Positions 26,849 to 37,635 of a stretch of 64,000 nt of DNA are shown here, piece after piece; within the stretch, counting starts at the first letter, position 1, and each line of letters opens with the position of its first letter. Location of the stretch: NCBI GenBank assembly GCA_030390025.1, contig CM059425.1, positions 171,494,001-171,558,000 on the forward strand. Reading direction: 5' to 3'. Origin of the DNA: Squalus acanthias (taxonomy: Eukaryota). A model generated the notes under the pieces. It did not search any database, was not told the DNA's origin, and saw only the letters and a list, made by a program, of their open reading frames with translations. A program made the position numbers and the translations under genes.

Positions 26849-26939
26849 GGTAGCATGTTCAGCCATGAACGCATTAAATGGCGGTGCAGGCTCGAGGGAC
26901 CGAATGGTCTACTCCTGCACCTATTTTCTATGTTTCTAT
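24893..26939 (+). mobile_element. Young 5'-truncated CR1
   Basis: Uninterrupted RT frame, 3'UTR stem-loop region and ttctatgtttctat tail. Confidence 0.95.
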
Positions 26940-27517
26940 AACAAGAGCTGAGTGATGAGGGGTTCATGTGAGGGGCCCAGAGGATGATATGCGCTCAGAG
27001 GGTACAGGGGATGGAGGTTGAGCAGCTAAAGGAATGTGGTCTCAATGGGGACTGGGTGAGCGAATGGTGACTAAGTGGAAAATAATGGAACTAATTTAAT
27101 GTCCGTATTGTCCTAGAATTATGAACCACCCTGCTGCAGCTCTGTTGAAACTTTCGATGATTTGTATTTCTACTAACTCCCACAGGTGCTTATTATTCCC
27201 TACATAATAAATGCGTGTAATCAATATCTTTTTAAAAGTTTATGCACAGGAATTTATGTGGAGTTACAGCAGTGGTCCTGCATCCTTCCACTACATAGCT
27301 GTGGCACCAATTGGCTTGGATATGTAGCTACGCTGGCAGCTATTATCTTTTAATAAATGATTTCATGTAATGAATGAATGCACACTGATGTAACGCTGAA
27401 AAATCCATCAAGAATTGTAAATATTTCATGTTGATTCTGCCAATAACTATAATAAATTGCTTACTACCTTCTCATGACAAACCCTCGCTCCTCCTTTGCT
27501 CAGTTACTATACCTTTG

Positions 27518-28191
27518 TCTCTGAGGCATACAGCAGGGCGGGTATCAGAGCAGCAGTGATACCCGCCCTGCTGTATGCCTCAGAGACATGGACCATGTAC
27601 AGCAGGCACCTCAAAGCACTGGAGAGGTACCACCAACACTGCCTCCGCAAGATCCTGCAAATCCATTGGCAGGATAGGCGCACCAACATCAGTGTTCTCG
27701 CTCAGGCCAACATCCCCAGCATCGAAGCTTTGACCACGCTCGATCAGCTCCGATGGACGGGTAACATTGTCTGCATGCCCGATACGAGACTCCCAAAACA
27801 AGCACTCTACTCGGAGCTCTGGCACGGCAAGAGAGCCCCAGGTGGGCAGAGGAAACACTTCCAAGGACACCCTCAAAGCCTCCTTGAAAAAGTGTAACAT
27901 CCCCACCAACACCTGGGAATCCCTGGCCCAAGACCGCACAAAGTGGAGGAGAAGCATCCGGGAAGGCGCCGAATACCTCGAGTCTCTTCGCCGGGAGCAA
28001 GCGGAAGCTAAGCGCAGGCAGCGCAAGGAGCGCACGTCAACCCAAGCACCCCACCCACCTGCCCCTTCAACCACTGTCTGCCCCACCTGTGACAGAGACT
28101 GTAGGTCCCGCATTGGACTCATCAGTCACCTGCGAACTCATTTTTAATGTGGAAGCAAGTCATCCTCGGTTCCGAGGGACTGCCTAAGAAG
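27518..28191 (+). mobile_element. RTE LINE 3' fragment with a 5' fold-back duplication
   Basis: LLYASETW..CPTCDRDCRSRIGLISHLRTH; aagaag tail; 9-bp TSD atacctttg at 27509-27517 and 28192-28200. Confidence 0.92.
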
Positions 28192-28472
28192 ATACCTTTG
28201 GACATCGAAACCTGGCAATAGATCTGTAGAAGCCCACCTACCTGACCAGGTCTTTCAGATTTGAATATTTAATCAAATAATAAGGACCAAAAATCAGGAT
28301 CTTTTTCAATGTTACGTGGAAGGTCCCCACTGTCATGTTAAATGGCTACAGGATATGGGTGTGCTGTCTTTCAGAACCTAATGTCCCTGCTATAAGATGT
28401 GAATAAGAATCCATTACTACTGTGCTCCTTTGTTGATCAGAGACTGGTGGCAACCGTCAAGCTGTCTATACC

Positions 28473-28509
28473 AGTTCTGACGAAAGGTCATCGACCTGAA
28501 ACGTTAACT
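28473..28509 (+). ncRNA. Minimal type-I hammerhead ribozyme motif, core intact
   Basis: agtt-CUGACGA-a-aggtc(atc)gacct-GAAAC-GUU-aact; predicted cleavage after 28505. Confidence 0.8.
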
Positions 28510-28603
28510 CTCTCTCTCCACGGATGCTGCCTGGCCTGCTGAGTTTTTCCAGCGTTTTCTGTTGTTATTTCAGATTTCCAGCATCCGCAGTATTTTGCTA
28601 TCG
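28478..28603 (+). mobile_element. 126-bp PLE tail mini-insertion
   Basis: Matches 50291-50419; 15-bp TSD tgtctataccagttc at 28463-28477 and 28604-28618. Confidence 0.9.
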
Positions 28604-29862
28604 TGTCTATACCAGTTCATGCATTAAAAAAAGATTCAAAAGGTAACCTTGCCAGAGGCCATGTTGTGTATTTGCCAGGTCTGTCCTTTCTACCTTTTCA
28701 TCCATTCAGTCTCGAATGTTTGCAAAACAAGGAGCTGCAGGACGAAATCCAAACTGGCAAACACAGAATTAAACCCTCCCAAAACTCAAGATTACTGCAG
28801 GGAATAACATTAAGAGTCCTTGATAAAATACACGAGTCTGTAGCTCTGAGGTTCGATTTTCATTAGGTATGCCAAGTCATGGCCTTTTGTTTTGGTGAGG
28901 ACGTGTGGTCTCCAGACAATTTTTTTTGTTAAAGCTGTAGTGTCACACAGTTGTCTTGTAATTATTTCCCCCCGCCCCCCCAGTGCATGGGTTGGTAGGA
29001 CCCAAGGGAGCCTACCTGTTAGCAATGTTCAGTGTTGGGAAGAAATCTTTCTAAATATTGAAGTTTCTACAGCAGAGATCAATTACAGGAATGCACAGTT
29101 TTGTGCGCTTACCGTACTGACCTCTGCTCTTCGCCTCTAGTTTCCCGCCAATCATAGAGCTAGGAAACACGCAGGTGCAGATTATGCAGAAAAACTTCAA
29201 GATTGCTGTTTGAACAAGCTGTCATTTTATTGCTTTAAGGTCCAAAACATGTCATCCTGGGTTTTACATTTCTGTTGGCTACAGTTAGGCATTACAAGGT
29301 ATACTTGTTCGACAGCTTCTGTTAGGTACGTCAAGTCATGCTTCAAGTTGATAAGTAGATATATCGGTTACACTATGTGGAGAATAAATCAAAATATTTG
29401 GATGACATTTTAATGCTAATTTGCTACACTGTTAACTAAGCATCTCATACTAATATAAGATTTTCTGCCATCATGATGTCTGTGTTTGCAGTCACAGAGA
29501 CATAGGTAGGTTTCATTCTATAAAAAGCTTTTTTTTTCCCTTGGTAGGCTATTGGGAAGGATTTAGATTAACTTATGTTGCATTCAATGCCATCCAATTA
29601 GTGAATAAGTGGTTTTTGTGTGGATACGCACTCTGATAGTCTCATGGGAGGGACAGAATGGAGGTCTTGTGTCCAATTGATTACCTAAACAGGACAACAG
29701 AGTTGAAACTACAATAATTTCAGTTGTTTAGTAGTACTAAGAATATGTGCGAATAAGATGTAGACTAAGATAAAGCAGGAGCAAATACGAGCAAATCTCT
29801 CATGGCACTGCACATGGGGGTTGAACAGTGGTGTTATGCCAAGCATTATTACTAGACACACT

Positions 29863-30559
29863 GGGGGAGAAATTCACTATCGCCCCATTTGGGGCGCTAA
29901 TTTTGAAAAGTTTGAAATGTTAGCGCTAACGATATCAAATTTTTGAACAATTCGCTGCCTGTCTTCCGAGAAGGAAGTGGAGAGCTAAATCAAGCGCTCC
30001 ACTTCCTTCTTGGAGCGCAATCGGCAGCAGGCGGCGGGGTGGAGACTTCAGCAGTGCTGCACACTGAAGGGAAGGATCATTGCTGCAGGCTCTGCAATGT
30101 AAAAAGTACCTACCTGAACCACCAAGGCAACCAAGATCCCGCAGAGTGCCGGGCTGATCGATCGCCGGCAGGAACCCGCAAAAAAACTGGAACAAGAAAG
30201 GCACGTTTTTTTTTTTACTTACCTCGGCCACCTCGCATTTAATCATCGCCCCCCCCGAAGCGGCCGGCTGCCCGATGCACGGCTCCTGCAGCTGTCGGTG
30301 TTTTTGACCGGCGCTGCTGCAGGAGGCGGAAGTCAATTTCGGGTCTGGGGCACTACTGGGGCAATGCGCACGGTGATGACGTCACGATCTCTGGGCGAAG
30401 GAGATCGGGGCACAATGCCGTAGCGCTGACGCAAAGCTCCCGCAGGCTATGGCGGGAGTCGATGTCAGTGCCACGCCCGGTCGCAAAGCTGTTAGCGCCC
30501 CCCGCCCCCCGCCCCCGGGAGCGCTAATGGGAGGCGCAAAGGCACTCAATTTCACCCCC
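29863..30559. mobile_element. Non-autonomous Harbinger-type MITE, CpG-rich
   Basis: TIRs gggggagaaatt and aatttcaccccc (1 mismatch in 12); 3-bp TSD act at 29860-29862 and 30560-30562. Confidence 0.85.
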
Positions 30560-32493
30560 ACTGACTTATCAGCATTGGATGCAACCCGAGACCTGGGAGC
30601 ATTGGAAAGGGACCTGGAATCTGCGGTACTAGGATGTGGTCTCAGGGTGTATAAGTACTTTAAGAGGGGGTCACAGGGTGGAGGTGCAGCAGGGTTCCGG
30701 GTGCACTGGAGAGGGAGGTTCTGGGAACACTGGGGCAGGTTTAGGGACCCTAGAATCTGGGAGCACTGAAGAGGGTAGTCTAAGGGACTGAGAGCACTGG
30801 GAGTGCAGACTAGGGGTTTGTAAACATTGACTAGGCATCCTGGGATTTTGGGTTTGGGTGCGGAGTTAGGCTGAAGAGGGGTTCCTGGCATCCAACAGGA
30901 CTGAGGAAAGGTTTTGGAGCATGGGAGGAAGGGGGGGGGGGGGGCACAGTTTGGCAGTATTGGAGGGTCCTTGGAATGTGGCAATATTGAGGAGAGCAGT
31001 GCCCAACAGCCTTGTGGGGGTAGAGGGCCGAGGAGAATGGGGCCCAAACTGCCCCTTTTGAACTATCAGTTGATCCCAGACCTGTTGGCAGCCCATTTTA
31101 CCTCCTCAGGGACCTCCCTATCACTTTTCCCTATTGAAGGCAAATTCCTGTGTTTATGTTCCTGCCTTAAAGCATTATGCATAAATAAATAGCTTCTTAA
31201 AATGAATGGATAGAAAATCATGGGCTGGGGGTGCACAATTTCTTGATGTGGACTCCTGGCATGCTCCAGGACCGTGGCAGCAGAAAATGTAGTACACTAT
31301 TAGTGAGTTTGCCAAATTATACAGCCTTTATTAAAAATAAATTCCCATAAAGAAAATTCATTGTTTATGCAATTTCCAATTTTTTAATATATAAAAAAAA
31401 CCGTAAGCCTCAAAATTGGTTCAGAAGAGCAGCTTTTTAAATTGAATTTTCAATAGCAATAAACGCTGGCCAGTTGGTTGTGGTGTCAAGTTATATTCTG
31501 TAACAAGTTTAAAAAAACTGACAGATCAAAACAGCCCTGAATATTGGTCTTATTATGCACAACTGTTTTTGAGCTGTCAATTTTTCTGAAGTTGTCAGTC
31601 AGCCTCTGCCAGTTTTCTAGATTCACCTAGTTTAGGTTTGAAGTCTGCCTTGAAGGACAGCACCACCGACAATGAAGCACTCACTTCAAAAGATCAATCT
31701 TTATTTCTGAGCCTAGACAAGGTGGGGGGAAAGACTAGAGTTGAGCTAAATCTTGTTCACATCACCTCATCAGATTACCACACACAGCCTTTTCCTACAG
31801 GGGTCCACATTGTGTAATGATCAGAACTGGGAAGTTGATTTTCCCCCCACCCTATACCTGGAACACTTAGGTCAATTGTTGTGCCCTCCCAAGCTAAGAT
31901 CAACTAACGATCAAACCAGGGACCTTTTATCTTGTTTGGTTGAGTACTATTTAACCACTGAGTCAGCACAAAACTCTTTGTATGACAAACTTTCCCAGCA
32001 GTGGCTGTGGAAACTAAGTTTTCAGAGCAGGCATGGGATCGTCCCCCAAAACATTGACAATAGACGTTCATTTTTTATTAAACAAAAAACAACCAGGTTA
32101 TTAGGCATTTCCCTTAACCCAATGATTCAGGAAAGATTTTACAATTTTAGTCTCTATTCTCTACTTAGAGGGAACTGGCTCCTTTTGCCTCGCACCATCA
32201 TCCCTTTAGTCATGTACTCTCTACTGCCTTCCACCCTATCACAGACCTTCCCTTTTGTTCTTTCCTCCCCTCCCGCCTTTCCCGGCCTCTGCACTTGCTT
32301 AAAACCCATTATATCTCTAACTTTTTTCAGTTCTGATGAAAGGTTATCGACCTGAAACGATGGCCGGAATTTTCTGTACCTGGGCGGGTCGCGACCCTAT
32401 TCCTCATTCCATCCATCCGGAGATCGACTTGCTGTTGATGGGGCCTATTAAGGCAGCCCTGCGGGTTACCCAGCCCTATTAAATGGTGCGGGT

Positions 32494-34336
32494 CTTCTTA
32501 CTTCTTCTCAGGCAGTCCCTCGGAACCGAGGGTGACTTGCTTCCACACTAAAAATGAGTTCTCAGGTGACTGACGAGTCCAATGCGGGACCTACAGTCTC
32601 TGTTACAGGTGGGGCAGACGGTGGTTGAAGGGACGGGTGGGTGGGGTGCTTGGGTTGACATGCGCTCCTTCTGCTGTTTGCGCTTGCTCCCGGCGAAGAG
32701 ACTCGAGGTGTTCGGTGCCTTCCCGGATGCTTCTCCTCCACTTTGTGCGGTCTTGGGCCAGGGATTCCCGGGTGTCAGTGGGGATGTTGCACTTTTTCAA
32801 GGAGGCTTTGAGGGTGTCCTTGAAGCATTTCCTCTGCCCACCTGGGGCTCTCTTGCCATGTCGGAGCTCCGAGTAGAGTGCTTGTTTTGGGAGTCTCGTA
32901 TCGGGCATGCGGACGATGTGGCCCATCCATCGGAGCTGATCGAGCATGGTCAAAGCTTAGATGCTGGGGATATTGGCCTGAGCGAGAACACTGATGTTGG
33001 TGCGCCTATCCTGCCAATGGATTTGCAGGATCTTGCGGAGGCAGCATTGGTGGTATCTCTTCAGTGCTTTGAGGTGCCTGCTGTACATGGTCCGTGTCTC
33101 TGAAGCATACAGGACCATGAGCTTGGTGCTGGGTTTGAGGTCCTGGTCTTCAAACACTCTTTTCCGCAGGCGACCGAAGGCTGCACTGGCACACTGAAGG
33201 CGGTGTTGGACTTTGTCATCGACGTCTGCCCTTGTTGACAGTAGGCTCCCGAGGTATGGAAAGTGGTCCATGTTGTCCAAGGCCTCGTCGTGGATTTTGA
33301 TAATCGGGGAGCAGTACTGTGTGGCGGGGGCAGGTTGGTAGAGGACCTTTGTCTTACGGATGTTTAGCGTAAGGCCCATGCTCTCGTACGCTCCGGTGAA
33401 GGGGTTGACGATGGTTTGGAGTTTGGCCTCAGAGTGTGCGCAGATGCAAGCGTCATCTGCGTACTGTAATTCGACGACAGAGGATGGGACGACCTTGGAT
33501 CTGGACTGGAGGTGACGGAGGTTGAACAGTTTCACGTTTGTTCTGGAGATTAGCTTCACTCCAGCGGGGAGCTTACTGAGGGTGAGATGGAGCATTGCAG
33601 CCAGGAAGATTGAGAAGAGCGTTGGTGCGATGACACAACCGTACGTGAATTGGGTCTGTGGTGGATCCATTGGTCAGGATCACGGCTTGCAATGTCGTCG
33701 TGAAGCAGGCGGAGGATGGTGACAAACTTTTGAGGGCAGCCGAATTTGAGGAGGACACTCCATAATCCCTCACGATTGACGGTGTCGAAGGCCTTTGTGA
33801 GGTCAAAGAAGGCCATGTACAGCGGTTGGTGCTGTTCCCTGCATTTCTCTTGTAGTCGACACGCGGTGAAGATCATGTTCATTGTGCCCCTTAGTGGTGG
33901 AATCCGCATTGCGACTCTGGGAGGAGCTCTTCAGCCACTGGGAGAAGGCGATTGAGGAGGATTCTTGCAATGACTTTCCCTGTGGCAGACAGCAGGAAGA
34001 CTCCTCTGTAATTACCGCAATCGGACTGGTCACCTTTCTTGAAGATGGTCACGATTACGGCGTCTGAGATCCCCTGGCATGTTCTCCTCCTTCCAAATAA
34101 GAGAAATGAGTTAATGTATTCGCACTAATAGTGCTTCTCCGCCATGTTTTAGCGCCTCGGCGGGGATTCCATCCGCTCCTGAGGCCGTGTTGTTCTTCAG
34201 TTGTTGGATGGCCTTTTCAACCTCATGCCGGGCTGAGGTGGTGGCGGGTAGCATGCTGCGAGATGGAGTTGAGGACACTCGTGTCGAAGACAGAGTCTTG
34301 GTTAAGGAGATCTTCGAAGTGCTCCTTCCAGCGGGC
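32494..34336 (-). mobile_element. RTE LINE, 5'-truncated, inserted in the Harbinger
   Basis: ARWKEHFEDLLN, AFFDLTKAFD, GCVIAPTLF, LQYADD, YLGS; (aag)n-type tail; same family as 27518-28191. Confidence 0.93.
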
Positions 34337-34415
34337 CTGATGACGGTGCAGGTCTGATGACGTCGCAGGTCTGATGACGTCGCAGGTCTGATGACGTCGC
34401 AGGTCTGATGACGTC
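34337..34415. repeat. 17-bp tandem repeat (ctgatgacgtcgcaggt) x ~4.6
   Basis: Units start at 34337, 34354, 34371, 34388 and 34405. Confidence 0.95.
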
Positions 34416-34527
34416 ATCGATGATGCGTTTTCAGCCAGGATATTTAAAGGAGCCATGGCCACATTGCATTTGAAGGTTTATCTAGGATTGTGCAGGCACT
34501 GCACTGCACCATTAAAGTGTTGCAAAG

Positions 34528-35300
34528 ATGGCAAACATGACTGCACAGAGGGCTGCACTCAGGTTCTCAGATGACTCCCTCCATATGCTTGTGGAGGGAG
34601 CGAGAGCACGCAGGGAGGTCCTCTTCCATTCTGAAGGGCGGAAGAGACCTCCCCAGCAGACAAAAGGAGCCTGGCTCCAAATAGCAGAGGAGGTCAATTG
34701 CAGGGATGTTGTCAGGAGGATCTGGATGCAGTGCCGCAAACGTTTTCAATGGTCTCATTAGATCAGGAAAAGTGAGTACAAAGCCACACTCAACTTCATC
34801 CTGCTGTGCCTCTCATCACATCCCCATCACTCTGCCTTCCCAACCCTACTCCTGCACATCATTACTCACACCAACCTACCTTACCTTGCACGTCCATCCA
34901 TCCCTCTCTATCTACATTATCACATCCCCATCTGACTAACCACCCCTCACACTCACCCTCATTCTAATGCAATCATACCAACTAACACAGAAGGAGGACA
35001 TTTGGCATTGCCACCCCACTCCATCATAGTCACCCTCTAAAGATGTAACCCATCCATTCCTTACACTCATTCGATCACTCTCACTCAACCTTCGCTTCTT
35101 TCCCTCCTTGCCGGAAAAGAGAGCCCAATTGGGAGAGGGAGAGAACTGGAGGTGGCCCTCCATCATTGGCCACCTTAACAGCAGCAGAGGAGATTGCATT
35201 GGAAGTGTCAAGAGTCGCAGAGCAGCTGGAGGTGGGAGACAGAGACATCTCAGCAACCTGGTGACATAATTACATCTCATATAGTCACATGGCATACAGC
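34528..35300 (+). pseudogene. Harbinger Myb/SANT-like DNA-binding protein gene, spliced and decayed
   Basis: RFSDDSLHMLVE..AWLQIAEEVN..R.WMQCRKRF; donor aa|gtgagt at ~34771; exon-2-like EKRA..RERTGGGPP at ~35114. Confidence 0.85.
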
Positions 35301-35693
35301 AGTCACTCATGTGGGGACTGAGCAGGCTGCCTCTACTCCTACTGAAGCCACAGAGGTAGCACCTCGTAGAAGCATGTGCAAGAGAAAGATGAAACACAAT
35401 TAGATGCACAAGGGTAACCACTTGGGTGTTTCCATAAATGTTTGTGTAAAGTTTCCGTTACTGTGATGTCACAGATAAAAATATTTATTTTCACCACTTT
35501 CACCAATTTGTGTGCAACTTTGGAAGTGGCTTAGTGAGTTGGGAGTGAATGGTGAGACATAGCATTACCTCCAGCAATGGGGATTAGTGTGAAAGGAATG
35601 GCTTGGTCATTGTAGCGATGCTTTATGGTGTTGCTGTGGGGTGGTGGGAACCTGGCGCAGCATGTGGCAGCCATATGGGTGTACTGCCTAAAG

Positions 35694-36886
35694 TTAAGTT
35701 AGTCTGGCCATGATGAGGCCAACCCTGGCCTCCCGGGTAGCAATCTGCTCGGGTGCTGGTGGGACCTGGACCGCAGGTTCCACCAGCTCCTCCTCCTCGT
35801 CTTCCAGCTGATGCTGCCCCTCCTTCTCCTCTGAAGAGGTTGTGCACTCAGAGCCTTGCTCCTCATGCAGCGCTAATCCTTGATGCTGCGCTATGTTGTG
35901 CAGGGCGCAGCAGACCACGACGATTCTGGAGACCCTGGCTGGTGCGCACTGAAGGCCTCCTCCAGATCTGTCAAGGCATCTGAAACGCATTTTGAGCATG
36001 ACGATCGTCTGCTCTATGACACATTTGGTGGAAATGTGGCTTTCATTAGATCTCTCCTGGGCCTCAATACTTGGCCTCCTCAAGGGTGTCATAAGCCACG
36101 TCGTCAGTAGATAGCCCTCGTCTCCAAGTAGCCAGCCAGAAAGTCTGTTTGGAGGAGTGAAGAGCTGAGGGAGGGTGGACTGGCACAGGACGAAAGAGTC
36201 ATGGCAGCTGCCAGGGAATCTGGCGCACACATGCATGATGATATTCCTATGGTTGCAGACGAGCTGTACATTGAGGGAGTGGAGGCCCTTGCAGTTGACA
36301 AGGACTCCTGGGTTATTATGGGGTGCCCTGATGGCCACATGTATGCAGTTGATGATGCCCTGCACCCGTGGGAAGCCAGCCAGACTGGCAAATCCGAGCG
36401 CCCGTTCAGTAATAATGGCTTCATTAGTGGCAAAGTTGATATAATTGGCTAACTGGTCAAACAGGGCATCAGTGACCTGTGTGATGCATCTGTGGGCGGC
36501 TGACTGCGAGATGCTGTAAATGTCTGCTGCAGATCCCTGGAAGGAGCCTGAGGCAAAGAAGTTGAGGGCGCTGGTGACTTTGACAGCCACTGGTAAGGCG
36601 TGTCCACCACTCCTCTGGAAATGTCGGCGAAGACCTGGCATGATAGCCTGAGCCTCCTTTGGCACTGCTGCTCCGTCATGTTGAGGAAGCTCATCCTCTG
36701 CCTGTATACCCTGTGTTGGGGATATCGCCTCCGGCGCGGTGCAGCCCTGCACTGATGCCCTCTGTCCTGTGCAGCATCAGGTGGTTGAAGAGAAGGTTGG
36801 TGGTGTTGTTGTTGGTGCTGCTGGTGTTGGGGCTCATCGTGGTCCGATTCTGAGGACCAAGGTGAGACAGTATAAACAGCACCCAT
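35694..36886 (-). pseudogene. Harbinger DDE transposase (HARBI1-like), frameshifted
   Basis: N-terminus in ORF 36449..36886 ([18 protein letters not shown]); core in ORF 35694..36752 ([23 protein letters not shown] with the first catalytic D changed to [32 protein letters not shown]). Confidence 0.92.
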
Positions 36887-37158
36887 GCTGATGGAATAGA
36901 TGGCAGGTCAAGTACAGATGACAGAAGCAATCTGTCAATGGTGTGATAGGTGGTACCAATGAGGTGACAGTGGATCCCGACTTTGCTGAAAAGACTTGCA
37001 ACCTCCAGAAAGCTAAATCTGTGCTGACAATGAACTCAGCAACAGCATCTGCCTTAGGAAAGTGACCAGCTATCAGGTGGGAGTTTTTATTGTACTTTCC
37101 ATGCTGTGCACTAATGAGCTGGATCAATGGCCACTGAACTTCCGGCTCAGGTTCACAG

Positions 37159-37206
37159 ACGTAGTTCCCGAGCTGCGTAATTCCCGTGCTGCGTAATTCC
37201 CGTGCT
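37159..37206. repeat. 16-bp tandem repeat x3 in the Harbinger subterminal region
   Basis: acgtagttcccgagct gcgtaattcccgtgct gcgtaattcccgtgct. Confidence 0.85.
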
Positions 37207-37524
37207 CATCTAGGGAAGTTTGAAAAGTAGGGTTAAAAAGCGGTTTAAGGGTCTGGCAAGTGCCTCATAATGATCTAAATTACCTCAGCCACCTCTGCTG
37301 TTCAGATCACTGCCGTGCTGGCAAAATTGCCCAAGGAAAAGGCGCGTGGGGGCGGGATGAAAGCGGGTTCCCGACCCGCTCCAAGGTTTTTCAAATTTCC
37401 CTGCCGACCTGCCTCCAATCGTGCCTGCACGAACCGCAGAAAATTCCGGCCGTTAACTCTTGTTTCTCTCCATAGATGCTGTCTGACCTGCTAAGTATTT
37501 CCAGCATTTTCTGTTTTTATTATT

Positions 37525-37635
37525 AAAGAAAGACTTGCATTTATATAGTGCCTTTCACGACCACCGGACGTCTCAAAGCACTTTACAGCCAATGAAGTAC
37601 TTTTGGAATGTAGTCACTGTTGTAATGTAGAAAAC
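37525..37635 (-). mobile_element. Deu-SINE/L2-type 3' tail fragment
   Basis: Reverse complement of 51815-51925. Confidence 0.8.

Larger units (their letters stand above)
32362..37451. mobile_element. PIF/Harbinger DNA transposon, two-gene type, decayed
   Basis: Perfect 15-bp TIRs ggccggaattttctg and cagaaaattccggcc; 3-bp TSD gat/gtt; convergent Myb/SANT and DDE transposase genes. Confidence 0.95.
32179..37523 (+). mobile_element. PLE 3' tail split by the Harbinger (32179-32361 plus 37452-37523)
   Basis: cagttctgatgaaaggttatcgacctgaaac on the left and gttaactct on the right; 12-bp TSD agagggaactgg at 32167-32178 and 37636-37647. Confidence 0.85.

Noticed and set aside
30382..31047. 221-aa proline-rich ORF
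   Set aside because: Reads across a MITE end and G-rich low-complexity repeats
31753..32355. 200-aa ORF
   Set aside because: Non-ATG start, crosses into the PLE tail and has no recognisable domain
34337..34415. Repeated CUGAUGA as a hammerhead array, snoRNA boxes or CRISPR array
   Set aside because: There is no stem II/GAAA after the motif and no unique spacers; it is a plain tandem repeat
35694..36752. Domesticated host HARBI1 gene
   Set aside because: It lies within TIRs and a TSD, is frameshifted and has the first catalytic D changed to N; the ORF's N-terminus is off-frame
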